From positions 896,001 through 960,000 of the forward strand of contig CAWGHO010000003.1 in NCBI GenBank assembly GCA_963822445.1: DNA of 64,000 bases. The letters run 5' to 3'. The stretch is from an uncultured Acidobacteriota bacterium (GTDB taxonomy: Bacteria > Acidobacteriota > Thermoanaerobaculia > Gp7-AA8). The notes beneath the pieces are model-generated. The model made no database searches. It saw nothing but the letters and a program-made list of their open reading frames with translations, and had not been told where the DNA came from. Positions 29,697-39,575 of this stretch are shown in pieces (the stretch's first letter is position 1; every line of letters begins with the position of its first letter). The translations under genes and the position numbers were made by a program.

Positions 29697-30923
29697 AACC
29701 TTCACCTCCGCCTTCGGCAACCTGGCCACGCACAAGCTGCGCACCGGCCTGACGATGCTGGGCATGATCTTCGGCGTCGGCGCGGTGATCGCCATGCTGT
29801 CGATCGGCGCCGGCGCGGAACAGAAGGCCCTCGAAGCCATCGGCCGCCTCGGCCTGCGCAACGTGATCGTCAGCGCGAAGGAAGTGAAGCCCGAGGATCG
29901 CCAGGAGATCCGCAAGAAATCGCTCGGCGTGTCCCTGCGCGACGGCGAAGCGATCATGGAGGCCGTGCCGAACATCGAACGCGTGCTGCCGCGCGTCGAG
30001 GTCAAGCCCTACAAGATCATGACCCTCGGCGCGAAGACGAAGGGCAAGGTCTTCGGCGTCTCGTCGCGCTACCGCGAGGTCGCGGACGTGCGTCTCGACG
30101 CGGGCCGTTTCTTCGACGCGCAGGACGAACGCGAGCATGCGCAGGTCTGCGTCATCGGCCAGGAGATCCGCCGCAACCTTTTCGGCTACGGCTCGGTCCT
30201 CGGCAAGCAGCTCAAGGTCAACGACGTCTGGCTCGAAGTGGTCGGCGTGCTGGCCAGCGATCCAGGCAGCGCGAATGCCTCGCAGGAAGCTGTCGCCACC
30301 ACCTCGACGTCGAAGGAGATCTGGATTCCGGTGAGCACTGCGATGCGGAAGTTCGATCGCGATCCGCTCGATGCGCCGGTCGACGAATTGATGGTGCACC
30401 GTGAAGGAAGGCGTCTCGACGCGCGCGACGGCGCAGGTGATCGAGCCGCTGCTGCAGCGTCTGCACGGCGGCGCGGACGATTACGAAGTGGTGATCCCCG
30501 AGGCTCTGCTCGAGCAGAGCCGGCAGACGCAGCGGATCTTCAACATCGTCATGGGATCGATCGCCGGGATCTCGCTCCTGGTCGGCGGGATCGGGATCAT
30601 GAACATCATGCTGGCCACGCGTGCTCGAGCGGACGCGGGAGATCGGCGTGCGCCGCGCCATCGGTGCGACGCGCAAGGACATCCGCGCGCAGTTCGTGAT
30701 CGAGTCGTTCGCGATCAGTCTGCTCGGCGGCGTCGCCGGAATCATCATCGGCATCGTCCTCGCCCGCATCGTCGCGGCGTACGCCGGCTGGCCGACGGTG
30801 ATCACGATCTGGTCGCTGCTGCTATCGACCGGCGTGTCCGTGAGCGTGGGCCTCGTGTCGGGGATTTACCCGGCCACGCGGGCGGCGGAGTTGAATCCGG
30901 TCGAGGCGTTGAGGTACGAGTGA
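29683..30923 (+). CDS. ABC transporter permease (MacB family; frameshifts near 30400 and 30620)
   Basis: HKLRTGLTMLGMIFGVGAVIAM, GGIGIMNIMLA, ERTREIGVRRAIGA, PVEALRYE. Confidence 0.85.
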
Positions 30924-30924
30924 G

Positions 30925-30997
30925 CCGTGTAGTGTGGGCCTCCGGCCTACCTTTGGGCGGTGGAGACGAAGGTAGGCCGGAGGCCCACACTACACGG
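30925..30997. repeat. GTAG-type REP doublet, copy 2
   Basis: Same arms as 18474-18541; loop is roughly the reverse complement of that copy's loop. Confidence 0.88.
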
Positions 30998-31331
30998 GCC
31001 GCGCGTGGCGCGGCTCGTAAACGCCCAGCTTCCCCCCGCCCGGCAAGGTCACGTGCGTCAGGCGGCCCCACGGCTGGTCGTGCAACTCGCCACAGGCGAC
31101 GCCGCGCGTTTTCATGTCGCTCATGAACGCGTCGACGTCGTCGCACATCAGATAGAACTCGTGCTCGTCGTTCGTTCCGGGGTGGACCGCGACTTCCGCG
31201 GGCGGAAGGCCGAAGATCAGCCAGCCGCCGCCTACGTCGACGTTCGGAAATCCGAGGACGTCGCGCAGGAAGGCCCGGTCGGCTTCGGCATCCTTGCTGT
31301 AGATGATCGAGTGGGCGCCGGTAATCGTCAT
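30990..31331 (-). CDS. VOC/glyoxalase-like protein
   Basis: ITGAHSIIYSKDAEADRAF, YLMCDDV, DQPWGR..LPGGG. Confidence 0.85.
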   Translation of the reverse strand: MTITGAHSIIYSKDAEADRAFLRDVLGFPNVDVGGGWLIFGLPPAEVAVHPGTNDEHEFYLMCDDVDAFMSDMKTRGVACGELHDQPWGRLTHVTLPGGGKLGVYEPRHARPV

Positions 31332-31377
31332 GACGCGAAATCCTAACCTTTCGCACCAGCCGCCGTCTGTACCCGGC

Positions 31378-31926
31378 ATGAGAAGACTGCTGGCCACCTT
31401 CGCTCTCGCCCTCCTCGCCGGAACCGCCGTCGCCGCCTCGGTGGAGAACATCATCATCAGAAACGGCGACCACTCGTATGTGAACGGCGATGGACACCAA
31501 GACCACTCGCTCGGCGGTCGTTATGCCTCCTTCGAGCTGGACGGCGTTCGCTACGTCATCACCGACGAGGACACGCTCGACAAGCTCGACGAGATCATCG
31601 AGCCGCAGGTCGAGCTGGGGAAGAAGCAGGCGGCGCTGGGCGCGCGTCAGGCAAAGCTGGGCGCCGAGCAGGCGAAGCTCGGCGCGCAACAGGCGGCGCT
31701 CGGCGCGAAGCAGGCCTGGGCGCGTGACGACGAAGCGCGCGAGCTCGCCGACAAACAGCGCGAGCTGTCGGAGAAACAGCGCGAGCTCGGTGCGCGTCAG
31801 GGTGAACTGGGCGAGCGCCAGCGCGACCTCGGTGACTTGCAGCGCGAAGCCGCGAAGAAAGCCGAAAAGGAAATGGAAAACGTTTTCAGGGCCGCGGTTC
31901 GCAGCGGCGTCGCGCGGCGCCGGTAG
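31378..31926 (+). CDS. secreted coiled-coil protein with QAxLGAx heptad repeats
   Basis: Signal peptide MRRLLATFALALLAGTAVAA; tandem heptads. Confidence 0.75.
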   Translation: MRRLLATFALALLAGTAVAASVENIIIRNGDHSYVNGDGHQDHSLGGRYASFELDGVRYVITDEDTLDKLDEIIEPQVELGKKQAALGARQAKLGAEQAKLGAQQAALGAKQAWARDDEARELADKQRELSEKQRELGARQGELGERQRDLGDLQREAAKKAEKEMENVFRAAVRSGVARRR

Positions 31927-31930
31927 TTCC

Positions 31931-31936
31931 TATAAT
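31931..31936 (+). promoter_or_regulatory. possible -10 box (TATAAT) upstream of M16 peptidase
   Basis: Perfect TATAAT in GC-rich context 9 nt before ATG; no clear -35. Confidence 0.35.
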
Positions 31937-31945
31937 CGCGCCTCC

Positions 31946-33289
31946 ATGCGCATCGCTCGATTCGTCCTTCCACTCCTGCTCATCGCCGCCGCGGGATCGG
32001 CGCAAACCATCCCGCCGATTCCGCTCAAGACCCGAAGCCTCCCGAACGGACTTCGGGTCTACACCGTTCAGGATCGCTCGACGCCGACCGTGGCCATTCA
32101 CGTCTGGTATCGAGTCGGCTCGAAACACGATCCCGAGGGGCGCAGCGGCTTCGCGCATCTCTTCGAGCACATCATGTTCAAGAGCACGAAGAACATGCCC
32201 TCGGAGATGCTCGACCGGCTGACCGAGGACGTGGGCGGCTTCAACAACGCCACCACGCTCGATGACGCGACCGCGTATTACGAAGTCGTTCCGTCGAACT
32301 ACCTCGAGACGCTGCTGTGGGCCGAAGCCGAGCGCATGGGATCGCTCAACGTCGATGATCCGGCGTTCAAGTCCGAGCGCGACGTGGTCAAGGAAGAGTT
32401 CCGGTATCGCATCCTCGCGCCGCCGTACGGCCGCTTCTTCTACGCGCTGGCGAAGAACTCCTTCACGAAGCATCCGTATCGCCGGCCCGGCATCGGAAGC
32501 ATCGAGGATCTCGACGCGGCGACGCTCGACGACGTCCGCTCGTTCCACTCCATGTTCTACCGCCCCGACAACGCGTTGCTGGTCGTCGTCGGCGATTTCG
32601 AGCAGCCGCAGCTCGATGGGTGGATCGACAAGTACTTCGCGAACATCCCCAAACCCGACGCGCAGATGCCGAACGTGAACGTGCCCGAGCCGCCGTACGC
32701 GTCGGAGCGGCGGATCACCGAATACGCGCCGAACGTGCCGCTCCCGGCGCTGGGAATGGTCTGGCAGGCCGTGCCTGCATCGCACGCCGACTCGGTTCCG
32801 CTGCATGTCGCGGCGACGTTGCTGGCGGAAGGGGAGTCATCGCGCCTGCAGGAAAAACTCGTGCGCGGCGAGATCGCGCAGGAAGTCTTCGTCGACGCCG
32901 ATCTTCGCGAAGACCTCGGCTTGTTCGACGCGATCGTGATCCTGGGCGGCGAGCATCAGCCGGCCGAGGCGGAGAAGATTCTGCGGAGCGAGATCGCGGC
33001 GCTGGCAGAGAAACCGGTGCCGGCCGCGGAGCTCGAGAAAGCAAAGAACCTGATTCTCACCGGCGCGCTTCGCGAGCGCGAGACGAGCAACGGCAAGGCC
33101 TTCAGCATCGGCGAGTCGCTCGTCCTCCGCAACGACGCCAATTTCATCAACACCGGCCTCGCGAAACTGCAGGCCGTGACCGCGGCGGATGTGCAGCGCG
33201 TCGTGCGCAAATACATGATCGAAGGGAAACCTCTGGTGCTGACGTATCTCGATGAATCGAAGAAGCCGGCGGCCGGAGGTGCGAAATGA
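31946..33289 (+). CDS. M16 (pitrilysin) zinc peptidase, catalytic subunit
   Basis: Signal peptide, LPNGL, GFAHLFEH inverted zinc motif, ERDVVKEE, HPY..IGS. Confidence 0.92.
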   Translation: MRIARFVLPLLLIAAAGSAQTIPPIPLKTRSLPNGLRVYTVQDRSTPTVAIHVWYRVGSKHDPEGRSGFAHLFEHIMFKSTKNMPSEMLDRLTEDVGGFNNATTLDDATAYYEVVPSNYLETLLWAEAERMGSLNVDDPAFKSERDVVKEEFRYRILAPPYGRFFYALAKNSFTKHPYRRPGIGSIEDLDAATLDDVRSFHSMFYRPDNALLVVVGDFEQPQLDGWIDKYFANIPKPDAQMPNVNVPEPPYASERRITEYAPNVPLPALGMVWQAVPASHADSVPLHVAATLLAEGESSRLQEKLVRGEIAQEVFVDADLREDLGLFDAIVILGGEHQPAEAEKILRSEIAALAEKPVPAAELEKAKNLILTGALRERETSNGKAFSIGESLVLRNDANFINTGLAKLQAVTAADVQRVVRKYMIEGKPLVLTYLDESKKPAAGGAK

Positions 33290-34734
33290 AACGCGCAAGC
33301 ATCCTGATGTTGGCGCTGCTGTTCGCGTTCACTTCGGTTGCGCAGCAGACGACGCCGCCTGCGCCCTCGGCACCGCGCGATCCGAAGGTGCCGCAACCGG
33401 TCGAGAAGACTCTCGAAAACGGCCTGCGCGTGATCGTCGTTCCGAAACACGACATCCCTCTCGTCGCCGCGCGGCTGATGATCAAGACTGGTGCGGCGGC
33501 CGATCCGGCGGAACGCGATGGCCTGGCGCAGCTCACCGCGACTGTCCTCACAAAGGGAACGAAGAACCGCACCGCCGAGCAGATCGCGCGCGGCGTGGAA
33601 GCCCTCGGCGCGACGCTCGAGTCGAATGCCGGCTGGGACAGCTCCAGCATCGACATGAGCGTCATGTCGACGAACCTCGGCAACGCGATGGAGTACGTCG
33701 GCGACGTCGCGCGCAACGCCACGTTCGCGAAAGATGAATTCGATCGCGAGCGCGCGCAGATGATCGACGCGCTGCAGGTCGATCTCACCCAGCCGCGCAC
33801 GCTGGCGAGCGTCGTCGCGTCCCGACTGATCTTCGGCGAAGGTCCGTACGGCCACAACCTCGGCGGCACGCCGGCAGCGCTGGAGAAGATCAAGCGCGAA
33901 GACCTGGTGAAGTATCACGCGACGCACTACCGGCCCGACAACGCCGTGCTCGTGCTTGCGGGCGATGTTAAAGCCGATGCGGCCTTCGCCCTGGCGCAGA
34001 ACGCGTTCGGCGGATGGAAGCGCGGCACTGCGAAACCGTCGACCGCCGCGACTTCCGCGAAGCCGGCCGGCCCGCGCGTCGTCGTCATCGACATGCCCGA
34101 GGCCGGACAGGCTGGTGTCGTCGTCGGCCGTCAGGGCATCCGCCGCAGCGACCCGGCCTACATGCCGGCGCTGGTCACGAACTCGGTTCTCGGCGGCGGC
34201 TATTCGTCACGGCTCAATCAGGAGATCCGCATCAAGCGCGGTCTCAGCTACGGCGCGAACAGCTCGTTCGATCCGCGCGTCGACGTCGGCCCGTTCACCG
34301 CTCGCACGGAAACGAAGAACGAATCGGCCGCGGAGGTCGTCGGGATCGTGCTCGGTGAGATGAGCAATCTCTCCAGCGCCGACGTGTCCGAGGCGGAGCT
34401 GACGCCTCGCAAAGCCGTGCTCATCGGCGGCTTTGCGCAGTCGCTGGAGTCGACCGCGGGCATCGTCAATCGCATCTCCGCGCTGGCGTTGTACGGGCTC
34501 CCGCTCGAGGAGATCAATCGCTACGTCAGCAAGGTCCAGGCGGTCACCGCCGCGGATGTGCGCAAGTTCGCGACGTCGAATCTTGGCGGCAAGGACGTGA
34601 ACGTGGTGATCGTCGGCGATGCGAAGCAGTTCGTCGAGCCGCTCCGGAAGCAGTTCAGCGATGTCGAAGTGATTTCGGTCGCCGATCTCGACCTGTCCTC
34701 CCCGACGTTGCGGGTGCGGAAGGCGAAGAAGTAG
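33286..34734 (+). CDS. M16 peptidase, non-catalytic partner subunit
   Basis: LENGL, no HxxEH, SSRLNQEIRIKRGLSY. Confidence 0.9.
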   Translation: MKRASILMLALLFAFTSVAQQTTPPAPSAPRDPKVPQPVEKTLENGLRVIVVPKHDIPLVAARLMIKTGAAADPAERDGLAQLTATVLTKGTKNRTAEQIARGVEALGATLESNAGWDSSSIDMSVMSTNLGNAMEYVGDVARNATFAKDEFDRERAQMIDALQVDLTQPRTLASVVASRLIFGEGPYGHNLGGTPAALEKIKREDLVKYHATHYRPDNAVLVLAGDVKADAAFALAQNAFGGWKRGTAKPSTAATSAKPAGPRVVVIDMPEAGQAGVVVGRQGIRRSDPAYMPALVTNSVLGGGYSSRLNQEIRIKRGLSYGANSSFDPRVDVGPFTARTETKNESAAEVVGIVLGEMSNLSSADVSEAELTPRKAVLIGGFAQSLESTAGIVNRISALALYGLPLEEINRYVSKVQAVTAADVRKFATSNLGGKDVNVVIVGDAKQFVEPLRKQFSDVEVISVADLDLSSPTLRVRKAKK

Positions 34735-35764
34735 GAGGTCCCTCGACTGACGCTCGGGATGACACTCCGCGGCGTGTCACCAGATACGTCGCGAAGCTGC
34801 CGAGCCAGTGGCCACCTTCGTAATGTTCTCCGGTCACCGAGGCCAGGCCCGCGGTTGCGTGGGCCTGGGAGGAGGCGGTGAGCGTGGCGACGCGGGGATC
34901 GTTCGATGGTAGACCTGACGCGATGCCGTCGAGCATCCAGGCGCGGCTGAGATTCAAACCATCGAGGTGAGCGAGTTTCGGATCGGTCGGATCGGTCACG
35001 ATTGCCGGAGTCAGGGTCATCTTCGGCATGAAGCCGGTCAACCAGCGCGCGAACTCCTTCGGCGGAAGCACGCGCCGCATCGCATCCGCCTCGGCCAGGC
35101 ACGGCGAGAGGAAGTCTTCGCCCGACGGCTCGTAGGCGAGCGGGCAGTTACGGTCCTTCGCGTAGAACGCGGCGGCACGCTCGCGCATCAGCTTTCTGAA
35201 TGCGTCATCCGCAGTGGAATCGAGCATCAGACCAAGCGCGAACGCGGTCTGGCTGTGCTCGCCGGAGCGCACCGGATGGGAAAGTTTCGGCAGCCAGGTG
35301 CGCAGACGCTCCACCGCCGCGTCCTCGAGCGGCTTGATCATCGCGTACAGCGGATCGTTCGCCTCGCGCAATTCACCGGCGAGTTGCAGAAGCCACGCGA
35401 GTCCGTACGGCCGCTCGAAGCTGGCCCGCCCGGCGCCGTTCAGATACGCCACTTCCGCGGCGATGTTCTCGTTGGTGATGCTCTTTTCGAGCGCGGCGCG
35501 CGCCTTCGGGGCAAACGGCGCATCGGGCGACAACCGCGCCAGACGCGCGAGCAGCCAATGGCCGTGAACGGAGGAGTGCCAGTCGTAGCAACCGTAAAAG
35601 GCCGGCGTGAGCACGCGCGGCGGCTGCGCGTCCTTGTCGGACTGCAGCACGTGCGCGATCTTGTTGGGATACTCCTTGTGCACGCAGGCGAGGGCGAGGC
35701 TCGCGAATCGCTCCGCCGCTTGCGGGTCGAGCGAGAGCGTGGCGGCGAGGAGAAGCGCCTTCAT
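34655..35764 (-). CDS. DUF2891 family protein
   Basis: EYPNKIAH, PAFYGCYDWHSSVHGHW, FERPYG, EPSGEDFLSP, HLDGLNLSRAW, YEGGHWL. Confidence 0.88.
   Translation of the reverse strand: MKALLLAATLSLDPQAAERFASLALACVHKEYPNKIAHVLQSDKDAQPPRVLTPAFYGCYDWHSSVHGHWLLARLARLSPDAPFAPKARAALEKSITNENIAAEVAYLNGAGRASFERPYGLAWLLQLAGELREANDPLYAMIKPLEDAAVERLRTWLPKLSHPVRSGEHSQTAFALGLMLDSTADDAFRKLMRERAAAFYAKDRNCPLAYEPSGEDFLSPCLAEADAMRRVLPPKEFARWLTGFMPKMTLTPAIVTDPTDPKLAHLDGLNLSRAWMLDGIASGLPSNDPRVATLTASSQAHATAGLASVTGEHYEGGHWLGSFATYLVTRRGVSSRASVEGPPTSSPSAPATSGRTGRDRRPKSLRHR
34737..34765. repeat. REP-like half element (TGTCATCCCGAGCGTCAGTCGAGGGACC on minus strand)
   Basis: Short palindromic GC element at the convergent junction; the DUF2891 ORF reads through it. 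Confidence 0.45.
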
Positions 35765-35766
35765 CG

Positions 35767-35922
35767 CTAGCGCATCTGCAGAATCACCCAGACGACCAGC
35801 GCGATGGCCACCACGACGATGATGCCGATCGTGATCGCGGTTCCCTTCGTGCTGCTCGCGCTGACGGTCTCCGTGATGACGCGCCGCGAGACCATGTCTT
35901 CGTTTTCATCTGGTTCAGGCAT
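35767..35922 (-). CDS. small single-TM protein
   Basis: MPEPDENEDMVSRR...AITIGIIVVVAIALVVWVILQMR. Confidence 0.6.
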   Translation of the reverse strand: MPEPDENEDMVSRRVITETVSASSTKGTAITIGIIVVVAIALVVWVILQMR

Positions 35923-37087
35923 GTTCAGCGGTCTCAGCAACGTCGGTGCCACGGACCAATCGCCGCGATGTGACCGCGAAGATGGGGATGCACAAGCAGC
36001 TCAGTGCGGCGGCGATGTAGAAGGCGATGCCGAGGCCCCATCGCTGGCCGATTGCTCCCGTTGCCGCGGAGCCGATTCCGATTCCGGTGTCGAAGGCCCA
36101 GATCACACTGCCGAACGTTCGCGCGCGATTCGCGGGATTGCTGTGCGTCACGACGAAGGTCATGAACGCGGGAAACGACGCGCCCATCCCCGCGCCGAAC
36201 AGAATCGCGGAAATGACCAGTTCCGTGCGGGTTCGCGAGTAGGCGAGGAGGGCGTACGCGATCGGCATCAGCGCAAAGGCGGGATAGAGAAATGCGCGTG
36301 TGGAAACGCGATCGCCGATTCGCGAGAAGAAGATGCGGACGAAGATCGTCGAGATCGCGAAGACCGTGAAGAAGATCGACTCCGGCTTGATGCCGCGCTC
36401 GCGCGAAAGGATCGTCACGTAACTCGTGACGCCGCCGTGGCCGAACGCAACCATTGCCAGTGAGAGCGTAGTCGCCACGACCTTCCAGTCCCACCACGAC
36501 CTCATGCGGGGCATGGCCTGCGAGCCGCGTTTGTCGTCCGCCGGCAGCCGCGAGGCCCACACGGCGGTAATTGCGGAGATCACCGCCAGCTCGACGCAGA
36601 GCACGAACCAGCCGAATTCGTAGACATACAAGCCGACCGCTGGAGCGAGCGCTATCGCCGCGGTCGGGGCCAGACCCCAGTAGGCGAGGCCTTCCGTTCG
36701 CCGCGCGCTGGGGATGAAGTCGGTCATGATCGCGCCGGCAGCGGAGAGGATCGCCGACCAGAGTGTGCCGTGCACGACGCCGATCATCAGCACCAGCGGC
36801 AGCCAGGACACGACGGCGTATCCGAGCGAGAAGAGGATGAAGAGGACCGAGGCGATGACGAGCATCCGCCGGCGGCCGGTGTGATCGGCGATGGTGCCCA
36901 TGATCGGCGCCGCGAACGCGCTGGCGATGGTGTAGGCCGTCAGGAAGAGGCCCGCCGCTGCTTTGCTTCCGCCGAGGGAGATGATCCGGAGCGGGATGAC
37001 CGGGAGAAGTTGAAAGACGGAGAAGAACGTCAGGAATTGAAACGTCCAGAGTGCGAGAAAACGGGGGGTGAAGAGGCGTTCCGGCAA
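35915..37087 (-). CDS. MFS transporter
   Basis: GTIADHTGRRRML motif A, about 12 TMs. Confidence 0.9.
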   Translation of the reverse strand: MPERLFTPRFLALWTFQFLTFFSVFQLLPVIPLRIISLGGSKAAAGLFLTAYTIASAFAAPIMGTIADHTGRRRMLVIASVLFILFSLGYAVVSWLPLVLMIGVVHGTLWSAILSAAGAIMTDFIPSARRTEGLAYWGLAPTAAIALAPAVGLYVYEFGWFVLCVELAVISAITAVWASRLPADDKRGSQAMPRMRSWWDWKVVATTLSLAMVAFGHGGVTSYVTILSRERGIKPESIFFTVFAISTIFVRIFFSRIGDRVSTRAFLYPAFALMPIAYALLAYSRTRTELVISAILFGAGMGASFPAFMTFVVTHSNPANRARTFGSVIWAFDTGIGIGSAATGAIGQRWGLGIAFYIAAALSCLCIPIFAVTSRRLVRGTDVAETAEHA

Positions 37088-37129
37088 GCCCGCGGATTGT
37101 ATGCGCCGTCTGGTATGTTCCCCACCCCG

Positions 37130-37972
37130 ATGAAAGTGAAGCGCGCAGCAAAGTACGGATTCTGTTCAGGCGTCCGCATCGCCGACCTGAAGGTGAAGCG
37201 ATTCGCCGCCGGCGGCGGCCGCGGAGCAATCCTCGGCCAGGTCGTCCATAACGAGCGCGTCGTCGAGGAGATGGAAAAGCTCGGCGTGCGCACCATCGAC
37301 ACCATCGAGGCCGTGGCTGAGCCGACCATCGTCTTTTCCGCGCATGGCGTCCCGCCGTCCTTTCATGATCGCGCCCGGACCAGCGGCCTGCAGATCCTCG
37401 ACACGACCTGCAAGTTCGTCTACGACATCCATCGCGAGGCCAAAAAGGCCCTTGAGGACGGGTTTCACCTCGTTTTCATGGGCGACCCGAAGCACCGCGA
37501 GGTCATCGGTTATACGAACGACCTCGATCCCTCGACGTATCACATCATCTCCAGAACTCAGGACGCGGAGTCGATCGACTGGTCGCCGTACAAGGCGATC
37601 AAGATCTTCTACCAGACCACTCTGAACGCCGAGGACTTCGAGGACGTGGTGCGGGCCATCGAGCGGCGTGCGGCGCGCGTCGAGCGTGGCGACACGATCT
37701 GCTACGCGACGAAGGAGAACCAGGACGCGGCGCGGGTCCTTGCGGAAGATCCGGAAGTCGACGTGATTCTGGTCATCGGCGGCAAGAAGAGCGCGAACAC
37801 CAAGCACCTCTGGGAGATCTGCCGGGAGACCAAGCCGGCGTATCTGATTCAGGGGGCTGACGATATCGATCCCGCCTGGCTGGCGAGCGCGGCCGTGGTC
37901 GGCGTCACGGCAGGCTCCTCGACGCCCGATTACGTCATCGACGAGGTCGAGCAATCCCTCGCGAAACTTTGA
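37130..37972 (+). CDS. ispH: 4-hydroxy-3-methylbut-2-enyl diphosphate reductase
   Basis: GFCSGV, VHNE, SAHG, DTTC, HREV, QTT, TICYAT..Q, SANT, TAGSSTP. Confidence 0.95.
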   Translation: MKVKRAAKYGFCSGVRIADLKVKRFAAGGGRGAILGQVVHNERVVEEMEKLGVRTIDTIEAVAEPTIVFSAHGVPPSFHDRARTSGLQILDTTCKFVYDIHREAKKALEDGFHLVFMGDPKHREVIGYTNDLDPSTYHIISRTQDAESIDWSPYKAIKIFYQTTLNAEDFEDVVRAIERRAARVERGDTICYATKENQDAARVLAEDPEVDVILVIGGKKSANTKHLWEICRETKPAYLIQGADDIDPAWLASAAVVGVTAGSSTPDYVIDEVEQSLAKL

Positions 37973-38007
37973 ATAACTTCCAGCCGTCCACTGTTTTGAG
38001 AGCGCAC

Positions 38008-38787
38008 ATGAAAAAGACCAGCCGAGCCCTTGCCCTGTCCTTAGTCATGGTCGCGTCCGCTTCGGCGTTCGCGGATGGTACGGAAGAGCTGCGCTATTCG
38101 TGGCGGCTGCGGGGCGGCGTTCGTTTTCTGGCAGGTCTGGTCTTTCCGACGAACGGCGTGGGCAACCTCCGCACGACTGCGCCGGTCAACGGCGGGCACA
38201 CCATTCAGAGCGAGCTGCTGATCACCGCGCCCACGGGCAAGGACGGCGGCTACTACGCGTACGAGTCGGAGATCGACGAGCGCGGGGCGAAGACGCTGAT
38301 GACGTATCACGGCTACGCCTGGGGCAAGAAGGCGCGGCACGAGCGGACGATCTTCGACTACGTGAAGCGCCTGGCGCGCATCCGCAAGCAGACGCCGGAA
38401 GAGATCGAGAACAAGGTCAAGAAACTCCCGGATGGCGACGAGCAGATGCGCGACGTCCTCACGGCGATCTACTTCATGCGCCAGAACGCGCAGTCGATCA
38501 AAGGACCGATGCAGACGCGGATCTACTCGGATGGCAAGGAGTACCCGGTGATCCTGCGTCCCGGCGAGCGGAAGAGCTTCGTCATCGCCGGCAAGCAGTC
38601 GACCGCGACCGCTTACGAGATCGTCGACGCGCCGGGCGGCAAGAAGTGGCCGGGCGGCGTGAAGGTGTGGCTCACCGACGACGCGCGGCGCCTGCCGGTG
38701 CGGATCGAGATCCAACAGAGCATGGCCTCGCTGCAGCTCGATCTTCAGGCGATCGTGGGGCCGCCGGTCATGATCGCGGCGCGCTGA
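38008..38787 (+). CDS. DUF3108-like secreted protein
   Basis: Signal peptide, EELRY, DVLTAIYFMR, VWLTDDARRLPVRI. Confidence 0.75.
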   Translation: MKKTSRALALSLVMVASASAFADGTEELRYSWRLRGGVRFLAGLVFPTNGVGNLRTTAPVNGGHTIQSELLITAPTGKDGGYYAYESEIDERGAKTLMTYHGYAWGKKARHERTIFDYVKRLARIRKQTPEEIENKVKKLPDGDEQMRDVLTAIYFMRQNAQSIKGPMQTRIYSDGKEYPVILRPGERKSFVIAGKQSTATAYEIVDAPGGKKWPGGVKVWLTDDARRLPVRIEIQQSMASLQLDLQAIVGPPVMIAAR

Positions 38788-39014
38788 ACGCGCTGCTCAG
38801 TGACGAGGTATGAGGTATGAGGTATGAGGTATGAGTAAGCGCTAGCGCGCTTTTAACTCATCACTCGTCACTCATCACTGAGTTACGCCGTTAGTCGCTG
38901 CGCGCTGAACGCGCGCCGCTCAGTGACGAGGTATGAAGTACGAGGTATGAGTAAGCGCTTGCGCGCTTTTACTCATCACTCATTACTCATCACTCATCAC
39001 TGGGTTTACGCCGT
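38779..39014. repeat. two tandem ~115-bp copies of a heptamer inverted-repeat element (TGAGGTA)n ... (ACTCATC)n
   Basis: Copies 38779-38891 and 38900-39014 each begin GCGCGCTGAACGCG and end TTACGCCGT. Confidence 0.8.
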
Positions 39015-39425
39015 CACATCTTTCGGCGCCGCGATCGGCGTTCCAAGCCCGCAGAACAACCCCACCAGGTCGAGCAGCTCTGCGACGTGGAAGGGTTTTT
39101 CCAGGACGACGCTCGGCTTGAGGTCTTCGTCGGCGGGCTCGAGCTTGTAGCCGGTGATGATGATGACCGGCGATTCCTTGCTCTTGCCGCGGAACCAGCG
39201 GAGCCACTGCCGGCCGTCCATACGGGGCATGGCCAGGTCGAGGATGACCAGCTGGATGTCGGGGTTCTGATCGACGAGGGGCATGGCCTGCTCGCCGTCG
39301 TTCGCGTAGAGCACCTCGAAGCCGTAGGGCGTGAGCACCTCGCGGTAAAAGCCAACCAGCTTCTCGTCATCGTCGATGACCAGCAGCTTGCGAAGCTTGA
39401 AGGGGGTCCGCTTGGCTCGAATCAA
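39006..39425 (-). CDS. single-domain response regulator (receiver)
   Basis: LLVIDDD, ILDLAMPRMDG, IITG, KPF; TTG start after GGAG. Confidence 0.88.
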   Translation of the reverse strand: MIRAKRTPFKLRKLLVIDDDEKLVGFYREVLTPYGFEVLYANDGEQAMPLVDQNPDIQLVILDLAMPRMDGRQWLRWFRGKSKESPVIIITGYKLEPADEDLKPSVVLEKPFHVAELLDLVGLFCGLGTPIAAPKDVTA

Positions 39426-39486
39426 ATCAGGTACTCCAGTCGTGGCGCGATCCGAAGCGGGCACTGCAAGGGTTACGCCGGACGTC

Positions 39487-39573
39487 GCGGGCAGCGGGCA
39501 GTGGGCCGCGGGCAGTGGATCGAGGCTCTGCCCGCTGCGAGCGCCGCAGGCGCGCACTGCCCGCTGCCCGCTG
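39487..39573. repeat. heptamer tandem inverted repeat (GCGGGCA)n ... (TGCCCGC)n
   Basis: GCGGGCA GCGGGCA GTGGGCC GCGGGCA GTGG ... CACTGCC CGCTGCC CGCTG. Confidence 0.75.
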
Positions 39574-39575
39574 AA

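Noticed and set aside
19761-30923. Many frameshifts (hutH, hisS, egtD, three adaptors, permease) as pseudogenisation or programmed frameshifting
   Set aside because: They include essential hisS, fall in well-conserved sequence, show no slippery motifs and cluster regionally; indel errors are the simpler explanation, pending read polishing
38799-39002. CRISPR array
   Set aside because: Units are 7-mers without unique spacers, and no cas genes are present
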